A stretch of 64,000 nt of DNA, from contig CM075992.1 of assembly GCA_038087875.1 (NCBI GenBank), forward strand, positions 11,782,001 through 11,846,000, in the 5' to 3' direction. Positions within the stretch are counted from its first letter, which is position 1. Each line of letters opens with the position of its first letter. A program made the translations under genes and the position numbers. Source of the stretch: Malacoraja senta. Taxonomy: Eukaryota. This document shows positions 27,112 to 39,371 of the stretch, piece by piece. Below the pieces are notes generated by a model, which did no database searches, had not been told where the DNA came from, and saw only the letters and a list, made by a program, of their open reading frames with translations.

Positions 27112-27714
27112 AAGCCGTGTCTTACCTGTTTGCGGTCATCGGCGGTGAAGCGCGGCGTCGCCGGTAGCGAGGACCGCGCGGCACAGGCGAGAGCGTCGAG
27201 CCTATCCACCGGAGTGCCGCACGGATGTTGCGCGGGGGCCGAGTTAATTCAAACACGGCGGGTCCCACGTGATTGCGGTAAGTAAAAAAAGGGCGGGCCG
27301 ACTGCGATGACGTCGGCCCGCCGCACGTGACTCACCAGCGGCGGCTGTGGCGGCGGCCATCCTGATCGCGGCGCTGTAGCGGTGGCTGTGCCTGCGGCCG
27401 CGCAGCACACGTGCCTCACTGGCGGCGGCACGTGCGTCACTGGCAGAGGCTGTGGCAGAGGAGGTTTGACGCACGGCGCTCGACCCACACTGGCGGCGGC
27501 CCGTGCGAGCGGCCGTGCGCACTCGTGCATCACTGGTGGAGGTTGTGCGGTGAGTATAGTGTTTTCGACATTGTCGATTTTATTTTTGCACCGCACGGTG
27601 TTGGGAACACTGTCGCACGGCCCGGGAATTGTTCTTTCTCACGAGTGCGAGGTCTATGGCGGCAGATTCTTCCCGTTTCGCCGCCAATGACCGCAGATTC
27701 GTGAGACAGACCTT
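27112..27714. mobile_element. GC/CpG-rich MITE inserted in the DIRS RT
   Basis: About 40-bp imperfect TIRs (aagccgtgtcttacc...tgcggtcatcggcgg versus the reverse complement of the right end); flanking TTA/TTAA duplication; interrupts RT DLTEL|NSFVQY. Confidence 0.8.
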
Positions 27715-30122
27715 TTAAGCTCAGTCAAATCCAGGATGATTCGGCATCCTCCATCCTTCTTTTGCCTAGTAAATATATTGGACACAAATTGGTGAGACTC
27801 ATGACTCGACTTCTCAATTACCCCTTTCTTGAGTAAAGATTCGATTTCAGCTTGTGTATGCGCACAATCCTGTTGTGAAGGAACAAAGGTGCGGCTCGGT
27901 GTATGCTGTGTGGGTGGAGGCGAATTGGAAAGGAACTCAATTTGGAAACCTTGTATACTGCACAGTATAAATGGGTCAGATCTTATCCAATGCCATTCAT
28001 GTAAGAAAAATTGTAATCTCCCCCCAACTGGAAACTGATCCATCGAAACTGTTTTACACAAACAACCAGACTCACTTACCTCAGTGGTTATCGGCGGTAT
28101 TGTGTTTGCTTCTGCCCCCGAGGTCTGGTGGGTAGGGCTGTTGGCGGACGCCCTCCGCGCATCTTGAACCTGCCCTAAAAAAGGCCTCTGTGCCTGTTGA
28201 ACGTGATGCCCACCATATCCGGCAAACCGTCTGGTGTTGAGAGGAGGATAGGGGTACTGCCGTCGGAAGGATGAAGACTTGGAAGGAGTTGGGGCCTTGA
28301 TAAGGCCGACAGTTTTAGCCTCATCATCCAGCTCCCTCAGCTGCTTAGGGAGATCTTCCCCGAACAGTAGGTTTGGTGGTTGGATGTTCCCAGCGTTGCA
28401 TAATGCTGCAAATTTTGGGTTCAGAGCAGGACGGATGGCATTCTTATGGAGGACATTAATTTCAAAATGTGCATTGCACATTAATGCCATGGCGTCCTGC
28501 TGAACATTAGAGAGGGCCCCCCCATCGACCGACCAGGCCGTGATGCCCGAGGTAAGTAATTTTAAAATGTTCTGTAATTTTACCTCCTGGGCTCTGACGC
28601 CCCCTCCAATGTGTCCCCAGATGGAATGATTCACTGCTGGGACACTTAATGAGGCACAGTTTACTGGGGTAAGGTATTTAGTAGAGGTTTCCTCCATGGC
28701 CTGATCTTGGAGCTGGCGAGAGGCCATATAATTAATGCTACCAGCTAACCCCTCTCCCAGTGGTTCCCCTGATTGGGAAGAGATGGCAAATTTGGATGCC
28801 ATGGGGACTACTCCCGAAGCTTGCCCCTCATGCCTTGAAGCATGCTCCCCAGCTGTGCCTCCGATATCTGAGTCAGTATAAAACTAGCCACTTACGCTCC
28901 CCTCCTCAGAGAGGGAGACATCAAGCAGCCCTGACACATGTGCCGCTGCCACGGGTTCTCCATAATACCCGGGCTCAGATAGCTCCCTTCTTTGGAGCAT
29001 ATCGCTTTGGAGCAACCTCTCCATTAGGTGCTCCAGATGGGTCAGTTTCCCAAACACACTGCCCATAGAAGGAGGAGAATCCACCAGGCCCGACTCATCC
29101 AAGTCCAGGGCCCTAACAGACTTCTTGGTGGCTTTTCTCCCCTGTGGGGTAGCCAAGGTGCTTACTGTCGGCACCAAGTCTGTAGCCGCTGGCTCCTCTG
29201 CTAGCGGCCCTGAAGGCAGAATCGGCGGCCGCCCGCAACCCGCAGGCCTTCAGAAGCCGGCTTCGCTGCAGCCCGCCTCTTTACCTTCGACATTTTCTCC
29301 GTAAAGTTTGACTACACTGTGAACAAACAGTAAAACGAACCCGGAGCAACGACCTCAGATCAAGTATGAACACTTACCTGAGCGTTTTAAACTTACCGCT
29401 GGAAGGAGCGACTCGCCTCCCAGTCGATCGTTGCGCAACCGTCAGACGTAATGACCCGCATGCGCCTTGACGGCCTTCTTCACGTAGTAATTCACGTGAC
29501 TCCTAAATAAAATCCAGATTGTCTCCAATCTGATCTATTCCTAAATTAACCATTTCATAGTGTCATATAGTACGGACACAAGCCCTTTGGCCCGTCTTGC
29601 CCGTACTGACCAAGAACCCTGATCTAAGGTAGTCCCATTTGCCCACACTTCGTCCATATCCCTCTTAACTTTTTCTATCCAGGTATCTCTCTAAGTCTCC
29701 ATTAAATGTTGTTATTCTGCTTGCCTCAAGTACCTTCCCTGGCAGCTTATTCCATATACTCATCACTCCTCTTTGTGAAAAGGATTCTCCGCAGGTTCCA
29801 ATAAAATCATTCCCTTCTCACCTTAAACCCATGTCCTCTGGGTAAATAGACCCTAGGTAAAGGGGCTTGTTTTTGAGATCTCCTGAACCTGTACAACACA
29901 TCACAAATGATGCTCCATAATATCCGGATATTATTGATGGATAATGAGGCATTTATATTGTGCACTCTCCTTCCCATTACCTGGAAATTTCCCCCATGTA
30001 TTAGGAGTGAAGAATGAGGCATTCGCCTGTCTAACAAAGGAAACTACATCAAAAGTAATACTTTAGCTTACAATGAGATGGCAAAAAGCCATGAATAGGG
30101 TTGACGCTGCGCTTGGACTTAC

Positions 30123-30242
30123 CAAAATTCTCTTTCCCTGCCACGCTCTTCCAGCCAATGTTCAGGCTGTTATTGCCAGTGGATAACTTTGATCTGTTAT
30201 CGTTTGGGATCGTGCTGTTCCGGATTGCTTGCATGATGATTT
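30123..30242 (-). CDS. ADGRE-like GAIN exon 2
   Basis: ccattttcaaag|AAATC...AATTTTG|gtaagt; 120 nt, phase 1-1; (E)IIMQAIRNSTIPNDNRSKLSTGNNSLNIGWKSVAGKENF. Confidence 0.8.
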
Positions 30243-31049
30243 CTTTGAAAATGGAGGAGCAGGAAAGTCAGCAGCAGCAGCATTAAAAACAGGGAATAAA
30301 ATGTCACACAGCTTCAGTAATTTGTCATATCTTTGTGTGGAAAATAACATAATATTTCCAATGGTTCTCAATCCTATCTCTCTCCAGAAACCCAATGAGT
30401 TGCTCTCAATACCCTGTACACAGAGATTGTCAACGTCTTTTTCTAATTACGAGTGGAGCATGGTTTTCAAAAGATGAAACGTCACCCATTCCTTCTCTCC
30501 AGGGTGACTCCAGCTATTTGTGCCTATCTTCTTTAAACCATAAAGGTCTATCTTTAATGCTTTCACAAAAAATACATTAATAATCCAGCAGATAGACACA
30601 AATAGCTGGAATAATAAAAAACTGTTTTTTTAGTATGTGTTAAATGTATGTTTTAGTGTTGTTTAGCTTAGCTGATGTGGGGGGTGGGGTGGGACAGTGA
30701 TGGGGGAACCTTTTGTAACCTCTTATCCCGACGGAGATGCGATTTTTTTGCCGTATGATATCTCTGTCCGCACTGAGGCCTAACATCGAGGAGCTGGTGG
30801 CCTCTGCTGGAGACCGACTTCGGAAGCTCCAACCGCGGGAGCCTGCAGGACTTAACATAGTGGAGCTCGCGACCCCTGTCGGGGATCGACTTTGGAGCTC
30901 AAACCGCAGGAGCCTGCGGACTTTAACATCGTGTTGCTCGCGGTCCCTGGTTAGAGAGCGACATCGGGAGCTCCAAGCCGCAGGACCTTCGACCGCCCCG
31001 ACGTGGGAGCTACGATCGCCCCGATGAGGGAGCTTCGATTGCCCTGACA

Positions 31050-31655
31050 GTGCAAAAAGACCTGAAGGCAAGACTGAGGCAGGGCAAGGACGACTACAGG
31101 AAGAAGCTGGAGCTGAAACTTCAGCAGAACAACATGAGGGATGTGTGGAGCAGTATGAAGAGCATTACAGACCACAAGAAGACCAGTGACCTGGGGAGGG
31201 AAAGCGATCAGGACTGCTCCATCATTCCTATGTTCACCTGGATAAGCCAGGAAGCAATGTGAGAGTCATGTTTTTTACTTCTCCAGTGCTTTTAACACCA
31301 TCCAGCCTGTAATGCAAGGGAGCAAACTGATGAGGATGCCGGTGGATGCTCCATTGGTGTCCTGGATCACCAACTACCTGACTGGCCGACCACATTGTGA
31401 CAGGCTATAGAACTGTGTCTTGGACATGGTAGTGAGCAACAGGGGCCCCACAAGGGACGGTCCTCTCTCCCTTCCTGTTCACAATTTACACCTCGGATAT
31501 AACCCGGTACTCTCTCCCTTCCTGTTGACCATTTACACCTTCAGATATAACCCGGACTCCTGCCACCTGCAGAAGTGTTTGTATGTCTCTGCAATTGTGG
31601 GCTGCATCAGTGAGGGGATGGAAGCTGAATACAGAGGTGTAGTCAATGACTTTTG
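31050..31655 (+). mobile_element. Rex1-like LINE fragments
   Basis: KLQQNNMRDVW, SSAFNT and VVSNRG remnants. Confidence 0.6.
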
Positions 31656-32069
31656 AATGGTGTGGGCTGAATCCCCCCCCCCCCCCCCCAAATCTTTGCA
31701 CATCCCTAATCCTTTCCACTCATCACTTTAATTTCATGTTTCATGTATTTTGTGTTTTTATGACTATTGGCAGATCAATTTGCCTCCTGGGATAAATAAT
31801 GTTCTATTGTATCGTATCGGACCACCACTTTTTGTAATTGCCTTTGTTCCTGGGTGTTTGAGTTGCAGAACCAGGTGGTGATGCTATCAGTCAACATTGA
31901 CGTGTTACCCATGAGAAAGATCATTGGTTCCAGCAGTACACCAGTTTCCTCCTTCACTGTCAAACCTAAACCGTTTCAATGGCTGCTGGTACCAACTGTG
32001 TACCTTAAACCAATGGCTAAAACAGAACTTTATTCAACACCACTAGAAAAAACAAGATTGTTACATTAC

Positions 32070-32247
32070 CCAAGTTATTGGAAGAGAAGTTTGCCTTTTG
32101 TTGGTGATGTAAATTCCGGGCAGCTGCAATTGTATAATTTTCCATGACTTCCAGGAAATTGGAAACCAACTTGAAGAATTTTGTTGAACTTGTGTTGCAA
32201 AACTTTAACAAACTCGTGGTGGAAACCTCAGCAAATGAATCAATATC
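32070..32247 (-). CDS. ADGRE-like GAIN exon 1
   Basis: ctctatttcaacag|GATATT...AACTTGG|gtaatg; 178 nt, phase 0-1; DIDSFAEVSTTSLLKFCNTSSTKFFKLVSNFLEVMENYTIAAARNLHHQQKANFSSNNL. Confidence 0.75.
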
Positions 32248-32879
32248 CTGTTGAAATAGAGACAGTGCCTTTGTCACCACTTGATCAACCTTTAAGCACC
32301 TGTGAACATGCACTCTATCCATTCCTCTACACCGCTCTATATCCTTCAATTTATTGAATATTCTCTTACTCATTTGCAATCATCTCCCTCCTTCCATCCA
32401 ATGTACGTATAGAAATGCTGTTCAGGGTGGACTTGGTAGGTCGAAGAACCTGTGTCCATGCTGTATCTCTAAAGTCTAAAAAACAGGCACTATGGCCCAA
32501 TTTGTTCATGCTGACCAAGTTGCCCCATCGAAGCTGGTCCCATTAATGTCCCTCTGAACTTTTCCAGTCTGTGTACCAATCCAAATGTCTTTTAAATGTT
32601 GTTATTATGCCTCTCTCAATTATTTCCTCTCGCAGCTCGTCCCATATATGTACCACCCTCTCTATGAAAATATTGCCCCTCAAGTTCCTATTAAATCTTT
32701 TCCCTCTCGCCATGTTCTCTAATTCCTAATTCCTCAGCCTTGGGGAAAAATAACTTGTGTTCATTGACCCTATCTATAACCCTCATGATTTTATACACCT
32801 CTGTCAGATTACCCATCATTCTCCCACACTCCCTGCCTGCCCAATCTCCCCCTATAGCTCACACCCTCAATTTCCAGCA

Positions 32880-33345
32880 ACATTTGCAGAAACCACTCCC
32901 TCCGCAAATCTTGGTTCCCTCATCCAGTCCCACCTAAACCGCACCATCCTCAGGTATATTCCCCTGCAACAGCATGAGATGTAACACTTGGCCTATACCT
33001 CCTCGTTCACCACCATCCAAGGACTCCAGCTGTACTTTCAGGTGAGATGCATCTCCTCTAATCTCATCTACTGCATTCAGCATTACATTACTGGTGTCCA
33101 GTGAGACCAGGTGTAGACAAGGGATCATTTCGCTGAACACTTGCACTCGGTCTACCAAGACCGACTGGATCTCCCAGCTGTTAACCATTTTAATTCCCCT
33201 TCCCATTCTCGTACCAACATTTCTGTCCTGGGCCTCCTGCATTGTCAGATTAAGGCCACACTCAAACTGGAGGAACAACACCTCATATTCTGCATGGGTA
33301 GTTGGCAACTCAACAGTATGAACATTGAATTCTCCAATTCATAGC
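32880..33345 (+). mobile_element. Penelope-like GIY-YIG fragment
   Basis: SSNLIYC, NHFNSPSH and KLEEQHLIF motifs. Confidence 0.75.
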
Positions 33346-33419
33346 AACAACCCAATTGATTTTTTCTTCCTCCCCCCTTTCCTGGCTCCAATGCGCACCG
33401 GTGAAAAACATGAGCTTAC

Positions 33420-33457
33420 CGCAAAAGATGAACTCTTCGGGCGAAAATTTATCAAAT
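33420..33457 (-). CDS. Putative 38-nt linker micro-exon of the ADGRE-like gene
   Basis: Strong acceptor ttttctgttctcttcacag and donor G|gtaagc; phase 1-0 bridges the EGF exon to the next exon; (D)LINFRPKSSSFA. Confidence 0.6.
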
Positions 33458-34239
33458 CTGTGAAGAGAACAGAAAATAGTTGAAAAAAGATATAAAATGC
33501 TGGAATATCTCAGCAGGTCATGCACTATCCCTGGAGAATTTAGACCGGAGGCATTTCGGGTTGGGACCCTTCTTTGGACCGATCGTATGGGGGGGGCAAA
33601 AAAGCTGGAAGAAAGGAGGGACAGGACAAAGTGTGGTTGGCGATGGGTGAACACAGGGAAAGGGGTTTTGATAGGCAAATGGTTGGACAAATGAGGGGGC
33701 TGGGAAGAAATAGGTACAAGGCCAGGTGGGACTCAGGGGAATCCCCTCCCCTTTCACCCCCAGACAACCCTCTTTCTTGCTCCCTCCGCTGACCTGAGCC
33801 ACAACTGGCCGTGCACCTATTACTCCCCTCCCCCAACATTTCTTCCTCCAGATTCTTAAATCACAACTCTTTAATTCTTTTGTCTCACACCCTGTGTGTT
33901 TTCATCTCTGGCCTTTGTCCACCCATCTGCCTATCAACCCTCCCTCGCTTGTGCTTACCTATTACCTGCCGTGCTTTGTCCTGCCCCTCCTCTCTTCCAC
34001 TTTTCATCTCCCCACCTTACAAACAGTCTGAAGAAGGGTCCCGACCAGAAAGTCACCTTTGCATATTCTGCAGGGATGCTGCCTGACCCTCTGAGTTACT
34101 CCTGCATTTTTGTATCTATTTTTGGTAAACCAGCATCTGCAGTGCTTTGTTTCAACCAGAAAACAGCTGCAGCAGCTGTCAGGAGGATATGTTGTTACAA
34201 AGGACCTTCCACCATCACCATCTGCTTACTGAAGGATAC

Positions 34240-34775
34240 TAGTATTGTGAGCAATTTTGGGCACCATATTTGATGAAGGATGTGCTGGCCTTGGAGAGGG
34301 TCCAGAGGAGGTTTACAAGAATGATCCCAGGAATGAGTGGCTTAACATATGATGAGCGTTTGATGGCACGGTGCCTGGAGTTTAGAAGAATGAGAGGGGG
34401 CCTCATTGAAACATACCAAATAGTGAAAGGTTTGGGTAGAGTGGATGTGGAGAGGATGTTTCCACTGGTGGGAGAGTCTAGGACTAGAGACTAAAGGATG
34501 TTCCTTTAGGAATGAGATGAGAAGGAACTTCTTTAGTCAGAGGGTGGTGAATCTGTGGAATTCTTAGCCACAGAAGGCAGTGGAGGCCGTCAATGGATAG
34601 TTTTAAAGCAGATGTAGATAGATTCTTGATTAGTACGGGTGTCAGGGATTATTGGGAGAAGGCATGAGAATGGGGTTAGGAGGGAGAGATAAATCAGCTA
34701 TAATGGTGAAGTAGACTTGCAGATGGGCCAAATGACCTAATTCTGCTCCTATCACTTCGGACTTCATGACCTTAC
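34240..34775 (+). mobile_element. CR1 3' fragment
   Basis: ERVQRRFTRMIPG and LIETYQ motifs. Confidence 0.85.
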
Positions 34776-35544
34776 TTTCATGAAACCTTTATCTTTACAT
34801 TTAAGAGAAAAGTGCTCCTGCCCTACTGCAGCCAATGACCTAGGGATGGTCCCTGACCATTGAAGATGGTGGAGTTTGCACCTTCCTCCTGTATCCACGT
34901 GGTCTCCTCTCAGGATTCCAATTTTCCTCCCTTTGATAAGGGTTGCGCATGGTAGGCTGCTTTGGAAGGTGAGATTACATGGGTTCCTGGGGGAACTACC
35001 CAACTGGATACAGAATATGCTTCATGAAAGGAAGCAGATAGTGGTGGTGGAAGACTGAATGCCTGTGGCTAGTAGTGTGCCTCAGTAATCAGCGCTGTGT
35101 CCATTGCTGTGTGTGTTTTAATCAACAATTTGGATAGAATGTACAAGGCATGATTAGTAAGCTTGCAGAGGACACAAAAGTAGGTGGAACTGTGGATGGT
35201 GAAGATCCTTATCAAAAATTGCAGCAGGTTCTTGAACATCTAGACAAGTGGGCTGATGAATGGCTAATGGAGAGGGGTTGCACTTTAAGAAAGTGACAGG
35301 CACTTCACAGTGAATGCTCGGACAATGGCGAGCATTGAAGAGCAGAGGGATGAAGGTTACAGGTATATAGTTCCCAGAAAGTGGAGTCACAGGTAGTTAG
35401 GGTGGTGAAGAAAGGATTTGGTACATTCGCCATCATCAGTCAGAGTTGGGATGTTATGTTACAGTTGTACAAACTCTATTGGATGGATGCTATTGGGTTG
35501 GAAAGAGTGCAGAGAAGATTTGTATTTTCAGATGATCAGAAGGG

Positions 35545-36017
35545 TGGCAACAGTGGCGCAGCGGTAGAGTTGCTGCCTTACAGCGCTTGCAGCACCGGAG
35601 ACTCGAGTTCAATCCCAACTACGGCTGCTGTCTGTATGGAGTTTGTATGTTCTCCCCTGGGGTGGAAGATTGCAACCTTCACGTGGTCCGCCTTGTTTCG
35701 ATGAATGCAATCAACCCGGCGTGCACAATCAAATAAGATCTAATAGAACAAGTTGTCCTGCAACTTTAGGCTGTGCATGCCATACGCAAGAAGAAGGAGA
35801 AGAATGTTCTCCCCGTGACTGTGTGGGTTTTCCCCGAGATCTTTGGTTTCCTTCCACGCTCCAAAGACGTACAGATTTGTAGGATAATTAGCTTTGTGTG
35901 TGTGAGCAAATTGTCCCTAGTGTGTAGGCTAGTGTAACTGTGTGGGGATCGCTGGTTGGTGCGGACTCGGTGGGCCGAAGTGACTGTTTATGCCCTGTAT
36001 CTCTAAACTAAACTAAA
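35545..36017 (+). mobile_element. tRNA-SINE with a nested short retro-insertion (35658-35803)
   Basis: A-box gtggcgcagcggtagag, B-box gagttcaatccc; the insert has an (aag)n tail and an 11-bp TSD atgttctcccc. Confidence 0.75.
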
Positions 36018-37244
36018 AGAGTTGTAGGGAGAGGTGAATTCTTTATTCTTGGAGCACAGTAGGCTAAGGAGTGATCTTATGCAAAAATCTTGAGGGGAAT
36101 AGATAGGGTGCATGCACAGAGTCTTTTACCCAGAATAGGGCAGTCCAGAATCAATAGGTTTAAAGTAGTAAGGGAAGATTTAATGGGAACCTTAGGGGCA
36201 ATTGTTTCCACACAGATGGTGGTGGATTTATGGAACAAACTGCCAGTGTGTAAGAAAGAACTGCAGATGCTGGTATAAATCGAAGATTGACAGAAAATGC
36301 TGGAGTAATTCAGCGGGTGAGGCTGGAGAGAAGGAATGGGCGAAGTTTTGGGTTGAGACCCTTCTTCAGACTGATGTCAAGCGAGGAGGCGGGACAAAGA
36401 TAGAATGTCAAAGAACAAGCTGCCGGTAATTGAGGTACATCCTATAACATTTAAAATGCATTTGGACAAGTACGGGATAGGAAAAGTTTACAAGGACACG
36501 GGCAGATGACCCTAGTCTAGATGGGGCATTTTGATCAGCATAGTAAAGTTGGGCCGAAGGGCTTCTATTAATGCTGTAATACTCACACATCCCAAAAATA
36601 TGAGGATTGGTAGGTTAATTGGCAAATGTAAATTCCTCCGATTAGGTCTATAGATTTGCAGAGTAGCACAGAATAGGAACAGGCCCTTTGCACAAACTCA
36701 TGTATAACTCAGCCAGGAGAGGCTGCAGCTAGTGGCTCTCCCCCTCTCAGACAGGTCTGCTGCTCTGAACCCTGTCGGGGACAAGAGCCTCTCAGAGGCA
36801 GCAGCAGCAGCCATGTCAGTGGCACCAGTGTGTGGGTCTGTGTAAAGCAGGGCAGGGCAAGGACCAGGGGAGCAATAGTGAGACGGGACTCTCTAGTCAG
36901 AGGCACAGATGGGCGTTACTGTGGCTGCGAGCCAGGGTCACGGATGTCTGAGTGGGCACAGGATATTCTGAAAGAAAGGGTGAACAGCCAGGTCCACAAT
37001 GGTACCGACAACATAGGTGGGGAGGCAGATGAGGTCCTGCCAGGTCTCCTGGGGAGTCAGGTGGTAAGTTGAAAAGCAGCATCTCTGGGCTTGTAATCTC
37101 TGGATTAGACACTGTGGTGTCGAGCGAGGCAAGCAATAAGAAGATGGCTGGGATAAATGTGTAGCAAAATAAATTTGAAGCTCTCAACCATCTCCACTAC
37201 AGCACCATTGACGCTGACTGGGGCGTGTACTCCACCTCACTTCT

Positions 37245-38457
37245 TCAAGTCAAACTGAACTGAACTTTACTGAACTGAACTTTATTTATAGAACACTTTA
37301 AAAACAACCGCTGTTGCAACAAAGTCTGTACATGACTAATCATAAACATAAAACATAACAATAAAAACATTAAAAGAGTAAAAACAATAAAAACAATAGA
37401 AACACTAAAACAGGAGCAAAGTCTCATGCAGGGTCAAAAGCCAAGGAATAGAAAAGGGTTTGAAGACTAGTTTTGAAAATGGACAGTGAAGGGGCCTGTC
37501 TAATGTGCAAAGGTAGAGTGTTCCATAATGTCGGAGCAGCAACAGAGAAGGCTCTATCCCCTCTGAGCTTCCGCTTAGACCTCGGTACCTCCAGGAGCAG
37601 CTGATCAGCTGACCTGAGGCACCGAGCAGGAGCGTAGGGATGAAGCAGCTCAGAGAGGTAAGGCGGGGCGAGACCATTTAAAGATTTTAAAACAAATAAA
37701 AGAATCTTAAAATGAACTCTAAAGTACACAGGCAGCTAGTGGAGGGAGGCCAGAATAGGCGTTATGTGCTCCCTCGTACGTGTTCCAGTTAAAAGGCGAG
37801 CAGCAGCATTCTGAACCAACTGGAGACGTGCAAGGGATGATTGGCTAACTCCAAAATAAAGTGCGTTACAGTAATCCAGCCGAGACGTGATGAAGGCATG
37901 GATTACTGTTTCAAAATGCTGTCGTTCAAGAATGGGCTTCACCTTTGCCAGCTGCCTTAAATGAAAGAAGCTGGACTTAACTACCGCGCCTATTTGACGA
38001 TCTAATTTAAAATCACTGTCCATCTTAAAACCCAAGTTTAAAACTGTTGGCTTCACATACAGTGCCAAGGGACCCAAGTCAACAGGGGGAGGTTCACTGG
38101 GGCCATTGGGACCAAACACTATCACTTCTGTTTTCTTTTCATTAAAATTTAAAAAGTTTAGGGCCATCCAGGATTTAATGTCATCAAGACATAACAGAAG
38201 TGGTTTGACTGAGAAAGCATCTTTCTTCTTCAGCGGCACATATATCTGACTACCATCAGCATAACAATGAAAAGAGATGCCATGCTTTCTAAAAATGGAA
38301 CCCAGAGGAAGGAAGTACAGTGAGAAAAGCAGGGCCCCCAAAATTGGGCCCTGTGGAACCCCATATAACAGAGGAGCGGAGGAGGATTCAAAACCAGCAA
38401 GGCTTACACACATAGTTCTGTCTGCCAGATAAGATCTGAACCATTCCAGGGCACTAA
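37245..38457 (-). mobile_element. L2-clade LINE 3' half
   Basis: YGVPQG, CYADG, SRLDYCNAL and LQLVQNAAARLL motifs; short-repeat (ttcag-like) tail. Confidence 0.88.
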
Positions 38458-39371
38458 GACAAGCACAAAGACAAGCTCCTTCATTTTGTTGGCATTGAGG
38501 CAGAGGTTGTTGCTTTCACACCATGTTACTAAGCTCTCCATCGCCTCATACTCTTGTACTCCATCTAGTCATTGTTTGAGATCCAGCACAGCCCAAGGAG
38601 GGCTGTAGTTATAAAGTGAATGCACAGGCTAATGGTGAATTTATAGAGGTGTATAAAATCATGAGGGGAATAGATAGTGTGAACGCACAGAGGCTAGAGA
38701 CTCCTTCAGTCTCCTCTGGACATGTGCAAACCAGCTAGTAGGAGCATTGTAGACATCTTTAACCTCTCACCACTCCATTCTCAGATTATTCTCACGAGGA
38801 GGTTTGGGGGTGACCTTATATAGATTTGGGCCATTCTTTGGAAAGTGAACCAACATGTCACACACGTTACCAAAGGTGTGTCACAGAGCGATTCACTTGG
38901 ATACACTGTGAATGGAGGGATATGGATCACTTGCAGGCAGAGGAGATTAGTTTAACTTGGTGTTGTGTTCGCAGACACATTGTTGGGCTAAAGGGTCTGT
39001 TTCTGTGCTGTATGGTCTGTACAGGATTGTTAAGATGCTAATACTATCTTGCTATTATGTCCAATGCTCTGGTTGGACACTGACTTTTGAGTCAAAGGCC
39101 AGTAAAATCCAAGCATGGCCAGAAAGGGGAGAATAAGTGAAGCAAAGCCTGTCCCAGATTATAGTTGTCAACATTATTGTGATCTGGATGTCCTTGAGGG
39201 ACCAACGGTTAATAAGTAGTTTGAAATTTTTAGTTAATAACCAAAAATGCCCAATTTTGCTGGACACAAAGGACGAACAAAAAATACCCTGAACGGAATG
39301 AAAAATACAAACTGAGCAGCTCAGACCACAACTGCTCACAGCACTGCAAGTGTGGTCTCACCATAGACTTG

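Larger units (their letters stand above)
24736..29512 (-). mobile_element. DIRS1-type retrotransposon (gag, RT, methyltransferase-like domain, tyrosine recombinase), disrupted
   Basis: Left ITR at about 29457-29512, ICR at about 24960-25048, right ITR at about 24736-24816; RT motifs DLKDAYY, GLTSAP and YLDD; YVFPPF motif; YR HSTRAAS. Confidence 0.93.

Noticed and set aside
27043..27704. Overlapping Ala/Arg/Pro-rich ORFs
   Set aside because: By-products of the GC-rich MITE, with no recognisable domain.
32248..32379. N-terminal part of ORF 32017..32379 as coding sequence
   Set aside because: It resembles a CR1 remnant (LKVDQVVTKA); the strong acceptor at 32248-32249 defines the exon start and fits the phase.
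38871..38905. Possible 35-nt minus-strand micro-exon (cacag|TGTATC...TTTG|gtaacg)
   Set aside because: It adjoins CR1 3'-like sequence and does not chain in phase with the 33420-33457 exon; it could only be an alternative to that exon and has no other support.
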